A DNA stretch of 64,000 bases. It comes from Escherichia coli (GTDB lineage Bacteria; Pseudomonadota; Gammaproteobacteria; Enterobacterales; Enterobacteriaceae). Both the position numbers and the translations under genes were made by a program. Within the stretch, counting starts at the first letter, position 1. Every line of letters starts with the position of its first letter. Of the stretch, positions 33,397-44,854 are shown in pieces. Below the pieces are notes generated by a model. That model was not told the DNA's origin. It did not search any database and worked only from the letters and a program-made list of their open reading frames with translations. The stretch lies in the NCBI RefSeq assembly GCF_024298765.1, contig NZ_CP101210.1; one strand, written 5' to 3'.

Positions 33397-34176
33397 ATGA
33401 CGATGAATTCATTCGAGCGAAGGAATAAGATCATCCAATTAGTGAATGAACAGGGAACCGTGCTTGTTCAGGATCTGGCGGGAGTATTTGCTGCCTCGGA
33501 AGCGACAATCCGTGCCGATTTGCGCTTTCTCGAACAAAAAGGCGTGGTTACGCGCTTTCATGGCGGTGCGGCGAAAATAATGTCTGGTAATAGTGAAACC
33601 GAGACCCAGGAAGTCGGGTTTAAAGAGCGATTTCAGCTCGCCAGCGCGCCAAAAAACAGAATAGCGCAGGCGGCAGTCAAAATGATCCACGAAGGGATGA
33701 CCGTTATTCTCGACAGCGGAAGTACGACAATGCTTATCGCCGAAGGATTAATGACCGCCAAAAATATCACGGTGATTACCAACAGTCTCCCGGCAGCGTT
33801 TGCCCTTTCCGAAAATAAAGACATTACTCTGGTCGTCTGTGGTGGCACGGTCCGCCATAAAACGCGCTCGATGCATGGTTCCATTGCCGAGCGTTCATTA
33901 CAGGATATTAATGCCGATTTAATGTTTGTCGGTGCTGATGGTATTGATGCGGTTAATGGTATTACGACCTTTAATGAAGGTTATTCTATTAGCGGTGCGA
34001 TGGTCACAGCCGCTAATAAAGTGATTGCCGTTCTCGATTCATCGAAATTTAACCGTCGCGGTTTTAATCAGGTACTACCAATCGAAAAAATTGACATTAT
34101 TATTACCGATGATGCTGTGTCAGAGGTGGATAAACTGGCATTGCAGAAGACGCGGGTAAAATTAATTACGGTGTAG
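33397..34176 (+). CDS. gatR: DeoR-family repressor of the gat operon (intact)
   Basis: 259 aa, N-terminal HTH plus sugar-binding domain; uninterrupted here. Confidence 0.85.
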   Translation: MTMNSFERRNKIIQLVNEQGTVLVQDLAGVFAASEATIRADLRFLEQKGVVTRFHGGAAKIMSGNSETETQEVGFKERFQLASAPKNRIAQAAVKMIHEGMTVILDSGSTTMLIAEGLMTAKNITVITNSLPAAFALSENKDITLVVCGGTVRHKTRSMHGSIAERSLQDINADLMFVGADGIDAVNGITTFNEGYSISGAMVTAANKVIAVLDSSKFNRRGFNQVLPIEKIDIIITDDAVSEVDKLALQKTRVKLITV

Positions 34177-34185
34177 TATTGTTCT

Positions 34186-34222
34186 GTATGCCGGATAAGG
34201 TGTTTACACCGCATCCGGCATT
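34186..34222. repeat. REP element
   Basis: TGCCGGATAAGGTGTTTACACCGCATCCGGCA palindrome. Confidence 0.75.
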
Positions 34223-34257
34223 ACGGATTCTCCCTGGTTCAAGAGAGAATAGTTTGA

Positions 34258-35157
34258 TTAACGCAACAGTGGACAATCTGGTGGTAATCGACAACGCAAC
34301 GCTGCCGGAAGTATTTCAATATGAAAATTTTGCCCACTCAACGGTTCGCCATCAAGATTAAAGGTGATGTCGTGTGGTGCCTGAATATCAAACCACGACG
34401 AAGCGCCTTCGATAATATTCGGGTTATCTTCGTCAGATTTTAAGGTTGATACGAGAGCCGGAAGTATTTCATCGCCGGTAAAAATGCGCAGTTGCAGCAA
34501 GCCATCGTTAATTAACGCGTTCGGACACAATTGCTGACCGCCACCGGCCTGACGCCCGTTACCAATACCAATGACCAGGGCGTCACCTTGCCAGTGAAAG
34601 TTTTCACCGCGGATTTCACAACGGTCCGGTTGCAGAGTATCCATACGCATTAAGCCATGAATGATGTAAGAGACGCTACCCAGCGCGGCTTTTAATTTTT
34701 CCGGCGTTTCTGTGGTAATACGCGTCCCAAATCCGCCTGTCGCCATATTAATAAAACAGGTTTGTTTGTTGACCTGCGCCATATCTATCGCAATGGCGTC
34801 ACCGGCAATTGCCAGTTTCAGCGCCTTATCCAGTGCCTCAGGAATCCCTACACTGGTGGCAAAATCATTGGCGGTTCCTAATGGCAAAATTCCCAGCGCG
34901 GGTATGTCATCCCCCTCACACTGAATCAACGCCGTAGAAACTTCATTAATGGTGCCATCGCCACCACCGGCAATCACCGTTGCGACGCCCAACTTCCGGG
35001 CCTCCTCTACATATCGTGCGGCATCGCCTTTCTCCCAGGTGACCCGCACATGGATCGTCATTCCTTCCTCACGCAACAGCATAATTGCTTCGCGCAAGGG
35101 TAGATTGTCAGTACTTTTGCCATTAAGAATCAGTAAGCTGGCGGGAAATTCTGCCAT
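34258..35157 (-). CDS. yegS: Lipid kinase YegS (DAG-kinase-like fold)
   Basis: 299 aa; GGDGT motif (GGGDGTINE). Confidence 0.9.
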   Translation of the reverse strand: MAEFPASLLILNGKSTDNLPLREAIMLLREEGMTIHVRVTWEKGDAARYVEEARKLGVATVIAGGGDGTINEVSTALIQCEGDDIPALGILPLGTANDFATSVGIPEALDKALKLAIAGDAIAIDMAQVNKQTCFINMATGGFGTRITTETPEKLKAALGSVSYIIHGLMRMDTLQPDRCEIRGENFHWQGDALVIGIGNGRQAGGGQQLCPNALINDGLLQLRIFTGDEILPALVSTLKSDEDNPNIIEGASSWFDIQAPHDITFNLDGEPLSGQNFHIEILPAALRCRLPPDCPLLR

Positions 35158-35562
35158 GATCGTATGTGCCTTTATGATTGGTCTGTAGATAGTGTAGAGC
35201 AGAAAACAAAAGGTGGAGTCAGAACAGGATGAAAGTCGGAGGATAAAAAGTCAGTTCAAGTATGGAGGATTCAGTGGTTACCACCAGGAGCTTGCAATGG
35301 GGACAGCGAATACTAACGGCTGCCACCGATAAATTTCAAAAAAGAGCATATACCTAATATTCAACTAAACAGTGGCATCTTCAATATAATATATTAAAGC
35401 CCCCATGGAGTTACCCTGAAGGGCCTCAATGTCCGTAATTCCTACTTATGTAGGAAATGTTGTACAGAACATTTATTATAATCCTATTCAATTATAATAA
35501 TCATGCCATTATTATATTTAAACACTAGAGAGTGTCGTTGGTATTTAATGGGGGAAGGTGAG

Positions 35563-35880
35563 ATGAAAAAGATAGCTGCTATATCATTAATTAGTATTTT
35601 TATTATGTCTGGTTGTGCTGTGCATAATGATGAGACAAGTATCGGTAAATTTGGTCTTGCATATAAAAGTAATATTCAGCGTAAACTTGATAACCAATAC
35701 TACACCGAAGCCGAAGCTTCTTTAGCCAGGGGTAGAATATCTGGTGCAGAAAATATAGTAAAAAATGATGCAACTCATTTCTGTGTTACTCAGGGCAAAA
35801 AAATGCAAATAGTTGAGCTGAAGACAGAAGGTGTAGGATTACATGGTGTCGCTCGTCTGACATTCAAATGTGGAGAGTGA
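35563..35880 (+). CDS. yegR: Small putative lipoprotein YegR
   Basis: Start set at MKKIAAISLISIFIMSGC (lipobox-like MSGC), 105 aa; RBS GGGGAAGGTGAG upstream. Confidence 0.75.
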   Translation: MKKIAAISLISIFIMSGCAVHNDETSIGKFGLAYKSNIQRKLDNQYYTEAEASLARGRISGAENIVKNDATHFCVTQGKKMQIVELKTEGVGLHGVARLTFKCGE

Positions 35881-36039
35881 GAATATTTTTTGGTAAGCGT
35901 CAAATATGCGCGTTCTGGCTGTGCGTAGCCGGAACCTGTGGGAGCACGATGCCGATAAGTGAAAGGCATCGTGCTATGAAGGAGGATTCTATCGATGTGG
36001 TCAATGGAAGACGGTTACCAGAGATAGGGCTTATGCATA

Positions 36040-36126
36040 AAAAAATAAGCCCGTGTAAGGGAGATTACACAGGCTAAGGAGGTGGTTCCTGGTACAGCTA
36101 GCATTTTATGGGTTATGTTTTTCAGC
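36040..36126 (-). ncRNA. cyaR: CyaR (RyeE) Hfq-dependent sRNA
   Basis: Minus-strand sequence GCTGAAAAACATAACCCATAAAATGCTAGCTGTACCAGGAACCACCTCCTTAGCCTGTGTAATCTCCCTTACACGGGCTTATTTTTTT matches the CyaR sequence as I remember it, including the terminator; lies immediately downstream of yegQ. Confidence 0.85.
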
Positions 36127-36160
36127 GAAACGGATGATAACCTTAATAAATGCAGCTGTA

Positions 36161-36176
36161 TGTGATCGGTTTCTAA
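36161..36176. promoter_or_regulatory. Candidate CRP site (TGTGA-N6-TCTAA) centred about -42 from the cyaR start
   Basis: Half-site TGTGA plus a degenerate second half; position fits a class II CRP promoter; CyaR is known to be CRP-activated. Confidence 0.45.
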
Positions 36177-36210
36177 GAATTTTCCATCCGGGAAAAATAA
36201 TCGAAATTAA

Positions 36211-37572
36211 TCACTTACCGTGTGGGTTACGCGTGGTTTCCCCGGAGAAATTACGCATCAGCAGAGCGTAATTGAGCTCAAGATCCTGCGGGACCGGGAG
36301 CCACACAGTATAACCATCGCCTGGTGCGACCGGCATCGCTTCACCTTTGGCGTTTTCCATGTGCTCAAGGGTAAAGTTAATGTTGCCTTGCGGCGTCATC
36401 AGCTCAAGGCTGTCGCCAACGGAGAATTTATTTTTCACCGCTACCGCCGCGAGGTCCCCCTTGCGCTCACCGGTAAACTCACCAACAAACTGCTGGCGGT
36501 CAGAAACTGAATAACCGTATTCGTAGTTCTGATAATCGTCGTGAGTATGACGACGCAGGAAACCTTCGGTATAGCCACGATGCGCCAGACCTTCCAGAGT
36601 TTCCAGCAGGCTGGTATCGAACGGTTTGCCCGCAGCGGCGTCATCGATAGCTTTACGGTAAACCTGTGCGGTGCGTGCGCAATAGTAGAAAGATTTAGTA
36701 CGGCCTTCGATTTTCAGCGAATGCACGCCCATTTTGGTCAGGCGTTCTACATGGGCGATGGCGCGCAGATCTTTCGAGTTCATGATGTAAGTGCCGTGCT
36801 CATCTTCAAACGCGGTCATATACTCGCCCGGACGCTGGGCTTCTTCGATCATAAACACTTTGTCGGTTGGCGCGCCGATACCCAGCGTCGGCTCAACATT
36901 TTGCACCGGAATCGGCTCGTACTTGTGTACGATGTTGCCAACGTCATCTTCTTTCCCTTCCTGGACGTTGTACTCCCAGCGGCAGGCGTTGGTGCAGGTA
37001 CCCTGGTTCGGATCGCGCTTGTTGATATAGCCAGAGAGCAGGCAGCGACCGGAGTAGGCCATGCACAGTGCGCCGTGAACGAAGATCTCGATCTCCATAT
37101 CCGGCACCTGATTGCGGATCTCTTCAATCTCTTCCAGCGACAGCTCGCGAGAGAGGATCACGCGGGTCAGGCCCATTTGCTGCCAGAATTTCACCGTCGC
37201 CCAGTTTACGGCGTTAGCCTGCACCGAGAGGTGGATCGGCATTTCAGGGAAGTGCTCACGCACCAGCATAATCAGCCCTGGATCGGACATAATCAGCGCA
37301 TCCGGCCCCATTTCCACCACCGGTTTCAGGTCACGGATAAAGGTTTTCAGCTTGGCGTTGTGCGGTGCAATGTTGACCACGACATAAAACTTTTTCCCCA
37401 GCGCGTGGGCTTCATTGATGCCGAGCTGAAGATTTTCGTGGTTGAATTCGTTGTTGCGCACACGCAGGGAGTAACGCGGCTGGCCCGCATAAACAGCATC
37501 TGCGCCATAAGCGAAAGCGTAACGCATATTTTTCAGCGTTCCCGCCGGGGAAAGGAGTTCCGGTTTAAACAT
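36211..37572 (-). CDS. yegQ: Peptidase U32-family protein YegQ (TrhP, tRNA ho5U34 hydroxylation)
   Basis: 453 aa; U32-family cysteine motifs. Confidence 0.85.
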   Translation of the reverse strand: MFKPELLSPAGTLKNMRYAFAYGADAVYAGQPRYSLRVRNNEFNHENLQLGINEAHALGKKFYVVVNIAPHNAKLKTFIRDLKPVVEMGPDALIMSDPGLIMLVREHFPEMPIHLSVQANAVNWATVKFWQQMGLTRVILSRELSLEEIEEIRNQVPDMEIEIFVHGALCMAYSGRCLLSGYINKRDPNQGTCTNACRWEYNVQEGKEDDVGNIVHKYEPIPVQNVEPTLGIGAPTDKVFMIEEAQRPGEYMTAFEDEHGTYIMNSKDLRAIAHVERLTKMGVHSLKIEGRTKSFYYCARTAQVYRKAIDDAAAGKPFDTSLLETLEGLAHRGYTEGFLRRHTHDDYQNYEYGYSVSDRQQFVGEFTGERKGDLAAVAVKNKFSVGDSLELMTPQGNINFTLEHMENAKGEAMPVAPGDGYTVWLPVPQDLELNYALLMRNFSGETTRNPHGK

Positions 37573-37718
37573 AATTCTCTCGTTCTGATGACAGGTCAGA
37601 TCCGCTTCACCTGATGAAGCGGTTAGGGGAGTGCCCCCACTTTAAGGGCGGGCATTGTAGCGCTGTGGGGGGATCTGGTAAAGCGCCGGACGCCAACAAC
37701 CCACGCCCGGCATCGTAA

Positions 37719-38051
37719 TTACGTATTGTCTTTCACCGTCTGGCTTGTGCCATTGGCTTTAACGGAGGCAATCCCGGTTTCACGAGATTGCGCGGTGGCG
37801 TACATCTGGCTGGAGCCGATAATTTGATGATTAGCGGCTTTCAGATTGAAATAGAATTTGCCGTTACTTGCCGTTTTTTTCTCATAGCGTTCTTCTTGCG
37901 GGCTGTTGCTACGCACCGACGCGATGCCCTTTTCCGCAGAGGCTTTTGAGGTATAAAGCTCGCTGGTGAGGATAGTCTCACCATTGCCCGCTTTTAGCAC
38001 AAACCGGAACTGATTATCACTGCTCTTACTGAGTTCAAACCAACCAGCCAT
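37719..38051 (-). CDS. yegP: YegP (UPF0339 tandem-repeat protein)
   Basis: Start set at MAGWFELS (38051), 110 aa; two internal repeats. Confidence 0.75.
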   Translation of the reverse strand: MAGWFELSKSSDNQFRFVLKAGNGETILTSELYTSKASAEKGIASVRSNSPQEERYEKKTASNGKFYFNLKAANHQIIGSSQMYATAQSRETGIASVKANGTSQTVKDNT

Positions 38052-38241
38052 AATGACTCCTTGATTGAAATTGTGTATCGAAAACAGCATCTAAAGGTGC
38101 TGTTTACCGATTAAAGTATGAGCGATTTTCTGATGCCTGCCAGGGCGGAGAGATAATGTCAGTTTGCTGACCATGCGTGGGATAATGTTGCCGGATCTGG
38201 TCTGAACGCCATCTCCGGCTAACAAAATAATGTCGCTAAAA

Positions 38242-38964
38242 CTAAACGATGCGGCAGGCGTCGGCTTCCCAGCGGTAACCGACGCCATAAACGGCGCGGA
38301 TAAATGACTGTTCGGCGTCGAGAGATTCCAGCTTGCGGCGCAGGTTTTTAATGTGGCTGTCGATGGTGCGGTCGGTTACTACGCGGTAGTCGTCATAAAG
38401 ATGATTGAGCAATTGCTCGCGGGAGAACACTTTTCCTGGTTCGTGAGAGAGCGTTTTCAGCAGACGAAATTCCGCAGGCGTCAGGTCAAGCATTTTACCG
38501 CGCCATGAAGCCTGAAAACGACCTTCGTCGATAATCAACGGGCTTTCAGCATCCTGTTGCTGCAACTCGCGCTGCGGTTTGCAACGGCGCAAAATGGTTT
38601 TGACGCGCGCTACCACTTCCCGTGGGCTGTACGGCTTACAGATATAATCATCTGCGCCAATCTCCAGCCCCAGCAGGCGATCGATCTCTTCGATTTTTGC
38701 CGTCACCATCACGATCGGAATGTCAGAAAAACGACGAATTTCCCGGCACAGCGTCAGGCCATCGGTGCCAGGGAGCATCAGATCTAACAGGATCAGATCC
38801 GGTGGTGTCTGGCGCACATACGGCAGTACCTGATCGCCGTGGCTGATAAGCGTCGGCGCATAGCTCGCAGCACGCAGATAATCAATGAGCAACTGCCCCA
38901 GCTTCGGTTCATCTTCCACGATCAAAATACGCGGTGTGTTTTCGTCGATTGGTAACTCGGTCAT
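38242..38964 (-). CDS. baeR: Two-component response regulator BaeR (OmpR family)
   Basis: 240 aa; receiver domain plus winged-helix. Confidence 0.95.
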
Positions 38965-40364
38965 ACTTCTCTCTGTAAATCCCGTTCCAGCGGTAACTCT
39001 ACTGTAATGCTTACCCCGCCAAAAGGCGAATGGGCAGCAATAATGCGACCATTATGTGCTTCAACAATGTTCAGGCAAATCGCCAGCCCCAGCCCGGAAC
39101 CGCCGCTGGCACGGTTGCGGGAACCTTCGGTGCGATAAAAACGTTCAAACAATTTTTGTAGCTGATCGTCACTGACACCTGGCGCACTGTCGGCAAAGGT
39201 CAGTCGCACCGTTTTGTCGCGCTGCCCGGCAGAGATTTGCAGGCTGCCGCCGCTGTCAGTGTAGCGCAGGCTGTTTTCCAGTAAGTTATTGAATAACTGC
39301 ATTAAACGGTCGCGATCGCCAAATACGGTAATACTGTCTGGCAGGGAAAATTGCAGTTTCAGGCCACGACTGGCGAATCGTTCGCGAAATGCGCCGCCCG
39401 CCACTTCCAGCAGTGGGATCAAATCTACCGGTGCTTTTTGATAGGCGAGAGCGCCTTCATCAGACATCGACAACTGATGGAGATCGTCAACCAGTTTGGT
39501 CAGTGTACCGACCTCCGCCTGTAAAGACGCCACCGTCTCCGGCGTGAATTTACGCACGCCATCCTGAATGGCTTCCAGTTCACCGCGCAGCACCGCTAAT
39601 GGCGTACGCAGTTCGTGAGAAATATCGGCCATAAAATCGCGCCGCATTTGCTGGTTTTTCTCCAGTGTGCTGGCAAGCTGGTTGAAGTCTTGCGCCAGTT
39701 TGCCCAGTTCATCTTCACTGGTGGGCGTTACGCGGGTAGTGAAATCGCCCGCCGCCAGTTTGTGCGTGCCATCGACAAGTCGTTTTACCGGTGCCAGTAA
39801 ACCGCGCGCCAGCAGAAAAGTGGCAAGTGCCGCGAGTAACGTTGCCAGGGCGACAATCAACCAGCTGGTTTGCCGCTGTTGTTTATCGAAATTGATATCA
39901 GTATTGCGCGTTAACCGCTCAACGGGGGAGGCGATCACCGCGCCCACTTCCGCACCGTTGACCAGAATGGGTCGCCGTGTACCGTCAGGTGGAATCGGCG
40001 CTCGTGGACCAACCAGCACTTTGTTGTTTTGATCAACCACCCAGAACTGGGTACGCCAGCCGTGCGGTGGCATACCCGGGCCGGGTTTATCTTCCGAATT
40101 ATCGTGTTCAAATGAACGCAGGATCTGAAAGACAAAGCGATCATTGTTGCGCAGGAAGCGCCAGTTGCCATGCTGCGCATACTGCTCGCCAAGCGCATCA
40201 CTTAACAGTTGTAATCGCTGTTCATTACCATGCTTGATGTAATCAATAAAGCCACGCTCAAAACTGATACGCACCGCCCAGTGCATACTGATCAGCAAGA
40301 CAATGCAGGTGGCGAAAATCGCCAGAAACAGTTTGCCGGTAATACCAGGTCGCCAGAACTTCAT
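38961..40364 (-). CDS. baeS: Sensor histidine kinase BaeS
   Basis: 467 aa; H-box [12 protein letters not shown] and ATPase motifs; stop overlaps the baeR start. Confidence 0.95.
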
Positions 40365-41776
40365 TGCGCGCTCCTTTTTCGCCGCGAAATAGCTACATTT
40401 TGATGCGTATCGTTCGGCACTCTGGCAAAGATGAACGCCGGAAGGGCGATGATAAACGCCATGCTAAGCCAGGTGTACATAAAGACGGTTTGTGTGGTGC
40501 CGCTGTCGACGCTGACATGCTGCGAACCAAAAAGTCCCAGCAACAGCCCGGCGATGGTGACGCCGATACTCATCGACAATTGCATAATCATCGACAGCAG
40601 GCTGTTTCCGCTGCTCGCCAGATTGTCCGGGAGATCTTTCAGCGTCAGGGTGTTCATGGAGGAGAAACGCGTCGAGTTGACCATCCCTTGTAAAAACAGG
40701 ACGAACGGCAAAACGTAGTACCAGCCCAGCAGAGCGGTAGTCATAAACAACAGGGTGACCAGCGACAGACCCAGCGTGGTCGCTACCAGTACCCGACGAT
40801 AACCAAAGCGATTCACCACCTGTACCACAATTCGCTTCATTCCCATGCTGCCAAGCACCATCGGGATCATCATCAGTCCGGCATGAAACGGCGAGAAACC
40901 GAGGCCAATTTGCAGGAAAACCGGTGTCATAAAGGGCAACATGCCACTGCCAATACGTCCGGCAAAGCTCCCCGCCAGGCCCAGCGAAAAGGTACGAGTA
41001 CGGAACAGTTTCAGACTGAACAGGGCACGGTTGTTATTTCTGGCGTGCAGCAGATAAAGCACCAGTGCCACCACGCCAACTGCGACCAGGCCTGCAATCG
41101 TCAGCGGCGATAAACCTGTACCTTTACTGCCGTCCAGCGCCAGGGTTAATACCGCCATGCCAACCGCCAGCAATAAAAATCCGGAGAGATCAAAGCGCCG
41201 CGTCTGCATGGTGTAGTTTGGCATTAACAGCAATGTGGCGATCGCACCGATAATCCCCACCGGAATGTTGATCAAAAAGATACAGTGCCACGATGCGTAC
41301 TCCACCAGCAGACCGCCGAGCGCCGGACCGAGCAGCGGACCGACCTGACCGGGTAACGTGACAAAGGTCATCGCCGCCATATATTGCTCGCGCGGTACGA
41401 TTTTCATCACCGTCAATCTGCCGACCGGCACCATCATCGCGCCGCCAACGCCCTGTAACGCGCGTGCCAGCAACAGTTCGTTCAGCGTGCCGGAAAGCGC
41501 GCAAAACAGTGAACCGAGAGTAAACAGCACGATGGCGGTAAAGAAAATATTGCGCACGCCGACTTTGTCCGCCAGCCAGCCGCTGGCGGGCAGCATCACC
41601 GCCACGGTCAGCACATAAGAGACAATGACCATGTGCATATGCAACGGACTTTCCCCGAGGCTTTGCGCCATTGAGGGAAGGGCGGTGTTTACGATGGTGG
41701 TGTCCAGCGACTGCATAAAGAAGCCGAAAGCCACAATCCACAATTGCCAACGGGTGCTGTCGGGAAGATCTGTCAT
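40361..41776 (-). CDS. mdtD: MFS transporter MdtD
   Basis: 471 aa, 14-TM MFS profile; stop overlaps the baeS start. Confidence 0.9.
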   Translation of the reverse strand: MTDLPDSTRWQLWIVAFGFFMQSLDTTIVNTALPSMAQSLGESPLHMHMVIVSYVLTVAVMLPASGWLADKVGVRNIFFTAIVLFTLGSLFCALSGTLNELLLARALQGVGGAMMVPVGRLTVMKIVPREQYMAAMTFVTLPGQVGPLLGPALGGLLVEYASWHCIFLINIPVGIIGAIATLLLMPNYTMQTRRFDLSGFLLLAVGMAVLTLALDGSKGTGLSPLTIAGLVAVGVVALVLYLLHARNNNRALFSLKLFRTRTFSLGLAGSFAGRIGSGMLPFMTPVFLQIGLGFSPFHAGLMMIPMVLGSMGMKRIVVQVVNRFGYRRVLVATTLGLSLVTLLFMTTALLGWYYVLPFVLFLQGMVNSTRFSSMNTLTLKDLPDNLASSGNSLLSMIMQLSMSIGVTIAGLLLGLFGSQHVSVDSGTTQTVFMYTWLSMAFIIALPAFIFARVPNDTHQNVAISRRKRSAQ

Positions 41777-44700
41777 TTACTCGGTTACCGTTTGTTTAGG
41801 TTTACGCGAAAAACGCAGCCGCAGACGGTCGAAAAAGAGATACACCACCGGCGTGGTATACAGCGTAAGGAGCTGGCTCATTACCAGTCCGCCGACAATG
41901 GTGATCCCCAGGGGTTGCCGCAGCTCCGAGCCGTCGCCGCCCGACAATACCAGCGGCAGCGCACCAAACAGCGCCGCCAGGGTAGTCATCATAATCGGGC
42001 GAAAACGCAGCAGACAGGCCTGGAAAATAGCTTCCTGCGGCGTCAGGTTACCGTGCCGTTGGGCTTCAAGCGCAAAATCGACCATCATAATGGCGTTTTT
42101 CTTCACGATGCCGATTAATAGCATGATCCCTATCAGGGCGATTAGGCTGAACGGGGCATTGAACAGCTCCAGCGCCAACAGCGCTCCAACGCCCGCCGAG
42201 GGCAGGGTGGAGAGAATCGTCAGCGGATGTACGTAACTCTCGTAAAGGATACCCAGCACGATATACACCGTGGCGATGGCGGCGATAATCAGGATCACCT
42301 GCGAGTTCATCGTCTCCTGGAACACCTGCGCCGTGCCGGCAAAACTGCCGCGCACCGTCGAAGGCACACCAAGCTGGGTCATTGCGCGATCGATCGCCGC
42401 ACTGGCGTCCGAGAGCGATTTTCCGGTCGGCAGGTTAAACGAAATGGTCGAGGCCGCCGATAATCCCTGATGATTCACCGATAGTGGGGCATTCGCCGGT
42501 TGCCATTTAGCGAAATACGACAGCGGGATCGCTTTGCCTTCGTTATTGATAACGAACATTTTTTCCAGCGCACTGATGTCCTGGGTATAGCGCGGATCCA
42601 CTTCCATCACCACTTTATACTGGTTCATCGGCTGGTAAATGGTCGAGATTTGCCGCTGACCGAAGGCGTTATTTAACAGACTGTTGGCGGCTTGTACGTC
42701 GATTCCCAGCCGTGCCATGGTGTCGCGGTCGTAAACCAGATTCATCTCCGCGCCGTTATCCTGCTGATCGGAGTTCACGTCCGCCAGTTCCGGCAACGTC
42801 GCCAGTTTTTTGCGGATTTTCGGCTCCCATTCTCGCAGTGCCGCCAGGTCGTCGGATAACAACGTGTACTGGTAGCTGGCGTTCGACTGACGCCCACCAA
42901 CGCGAATATCCTGTACCGCCATCAGGAACAGATTCGCCCCCGGTTCTTTCGCCAGTTTTACGCGCAGACGGTCGATAATTTGCTGCGCCGTTTCGCTGCG
43001 TTCGTCGCGTGGCTTGAGGGTGATAAACATCATCCCGCTGTTCACTCGCGAACCGCCTGTAAAGCCGGTGACATTATCCACTGCCGGATCGTCACGGATA
43101 ATTTTCATGAAATCCTGCAACTTGCCGCGCATCGCCTGAAACGAAATACTCTGATCCGCCTGTATCCCGCCCATCAACACGCCGGTGTCCTGCTCCGGGA
43201 AGAAGGTTTTCGGGATCGAGATATATAGCCAGATATTCAAAGCAATGGTGCCAAGCAGCACCACGCCCACCAGACGGGTATGATTGAGCACCCATTTCAG
43301 TGACTTACCATAGCCTTGTTGCAGGGCTACCAACATGCGACCAAAACCACGCAGTCGCTTTTGCTCGCGCGGCTTGCTGGCTTTCAGCATCCAGCCACAC
43401 ATCATTGGCGTTAATGTCAGAGAAACCAGCAACGAAATACCAATGGCGACAGAAAGCGTCACGGCAAACTCGCGTAACAGTCGGCCCGGCAATCCGCCCA
43501 TCAACAGCAGCGGCAGGAACACCGCCACCAGTGACAGACTCATCGACAGCACCGTAAAGCCGACTTCGCGAGTACCTTGCAGTGCGGCTTGCAACGGTTT
43601 CATTCCCGCTTCCAGATGACGTGCAATGTTTTCCAGCACCACGATGGCGTCATCCACCACGAAACCAGTAGCAATGGTGAGCGCCATCAGCGAAAGATTA
43701 TTGAGACTGAATCCGCAAAGGTACATCGCCGCAAACGTACCAATCAGCGAAACCGGCACCGCAACGGCGGGAATAATAGTGGCGCGACCCGAGCGCAGGA
43801 ATAAAAAGACCACCAGAATCACCAGCGCCACCGAGATAATCAGCGTTTGTTCGACTTCCTCCAGCGAGGCGCGAATGGTGGGGGAGCGATCCTGGGCAAT
43901 TTGCAGATCAATCGCCGCCGGAATGGTCTCCTGCAACTCCGGTAATTTTGCCCGGATGCTGTCTACCGTCTGGATAATATTGGCTTCCGGCAGCTTGCGG
44001 ATCATCAGCAAAATAGCCGGTTTGGCGTTGGTCATCCCGGCGTTGCGCACATCCTGCACTGAGTCGGTCACCGTCGCCACATCGCCCAGACGAACCGCGC
44101 CGCCGTTGTTGTAGTGAATAATCAGCGGCTGATATTCAGCGGCGGTTTTCAGTTCATCGTTGGTCTGGATCTGCCAGCGGTGAGTGCCATCTTCCAGCGC
44201 CCCCTGCGGTTTACGCACGTTGGCATTGCTGATGGCAGTGCGTACGTCGTCCAGCGACACGCCCTGATTAAACAGCGCCTGCGGGTTCAGCCCGACGCGC
44301 ACGGCGGGCAGCGAGCTGCCGCCGACATCGACATCACCGACACCGTCGATTTGCGAAATCGTCGGAGCCAGCTGCGTCGAGGCGAAATCGTACAGTTCAC
44401 CCTGCGAATAAGTATCGGATGTCAGCGTGAGGATCATAATTGGCGCATCCGACGGGTTCGCTTTGCGATAGGTCGGGCGGCTGGGCATCCCACTGGGCAG
44501 CAAACTTTGTGCAGCGTTGATCGCCGCCTGCACATCACGCGCTGCGCCGTTGATATCCCGGTCAAAATCAAACTGCAAAATAATACGCGTGCTGCCGAGC
44601 GAACTGCTGGAGGTCATTTCACTGACTCCGGCAATGCGCCCAAGTGAGCGCTCCAGCGGCGTGGCAACGGAAGACGCCATTGTTTCTGGTGACGCACCGG

Positions 44701-44854
44701 GCAGCGAGGCGCTGACCATAATCACCGGAAAATCGACCTGCGGCAGCGGGGCGACCGGCAGCATACGGAAGCCCAGTATGCCGCACAGGGTAATGGCAAC
44801 CGACAGTAAAATCGTCGCCACCGGACGGTAAATGAAGAGGGCAAAAAACTTCAC
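41777..44854 (-). CDS. mdtC: RND multidrug efflux pump subunit MdtC
   Basis: 1025 aa, RND permease. Confidence 0.95.
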   Translation of the reverse strand: MKFFALFIYRPVATILLSVAITLCGILGFRMLPVAPLPQVDFPVIMVSASLPGASPETMASSVATPLERSLGRIAGVSEMTSSSSLGSTRIILQFDFDRDINGAARDVQAAINAAQSLLPSGMPSRPTYRKANPSDAPIMILTLTSDTYSQGELYDFASTQLAPTISQIDGVGDVDVGGSSLPAVRVGLNPQALFNQGVSLDDVRTAISNANVRKPQGALEDGTHRWQIQTNDELKTAAEYQPLIIHYNNGGAVRLGDVATVTDSVQDVRNAGMTNAKPAILLMIRKLPEANIIQTVDSIRAKLPELQETIPAAIDLQIAQDRSPTIRASLEEVEQTLIISVALVILVVFLFLRSGRATIIPAVAVPVSLIGTFAAMYLCGFSLNNLSLMALTIATGFVVDDAIVVLENIARHLEAGMKPLQAALQGTREVGFTVLSMSLSLVAVFLPLLLMGGLPGRLLREFAVTLSVAIGISLLVSLTLTPMMCGWMLKASKPREQKRLRGFGRMLVALQQGYGKSLKWVLNHTRLVGVVLLGTIALNIWLYISIPKTFFPEQDTGVLMGGIQADQSISFQAMRGKLQDFMKIIRDDPAVDNVTGFTGGSRVNSGMMFITLKPRDERSETAQQIIDRLRVKLAKEPGANLFLMAVQDIRVGGRQSNASYQYTLLSDDLAALREWEPKIRKKLATLPELADVNSDQQDNGAEMNLVYDRDTMARLGIDVQAANSLLNNAFGQRQISTIYQPMNQYKVVMEVDPRYTQDISALEKMFVINNEGKAIPLSYFAKWQPANAPLSVNHQGLSAASTISFNLPTGKSLSDASAAIDRAMTQLGVPSTVRGSFAGTAQVFQETMNSQVILIIAAIATVYIVLGILYESYVHPLTILSTLPSAGVGALLALELFNAPFSLIALIGIMLLIGIVKKNAIMMVDFALEAQRHGNLTPQEAIFQACLLRFRPIMMTTLAALFGALPLVLSGGDGSELRQPLGITIVGGLVMSQLLTLYTTPVVYLFFDRLRLRFSRKPKQTVTE

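Noticed and set aside
35868-36077. 69-aa ORF between yegR and yegQ
   Set aside because: It overlaps the CyaR sRNA and its terminator on the opposite strand and has no RBS; the sRNA match is far better support than this ORF.
36541-37614. 357-aa ORF antisense to yegQ
   Set aside because: Shadow ORF within the U32 peptidase gene; Arg/His-rich with no recognisable motifs or RBS.
43626-44647. Two ORFs (162 and 177 aa) antisense to mdtC, and similar ORFs antisense to mdtB and mdtA
   Set aside because: All are contained in the strongly supported RND pump genes on the opposite strand and have biased low-complexity composition.
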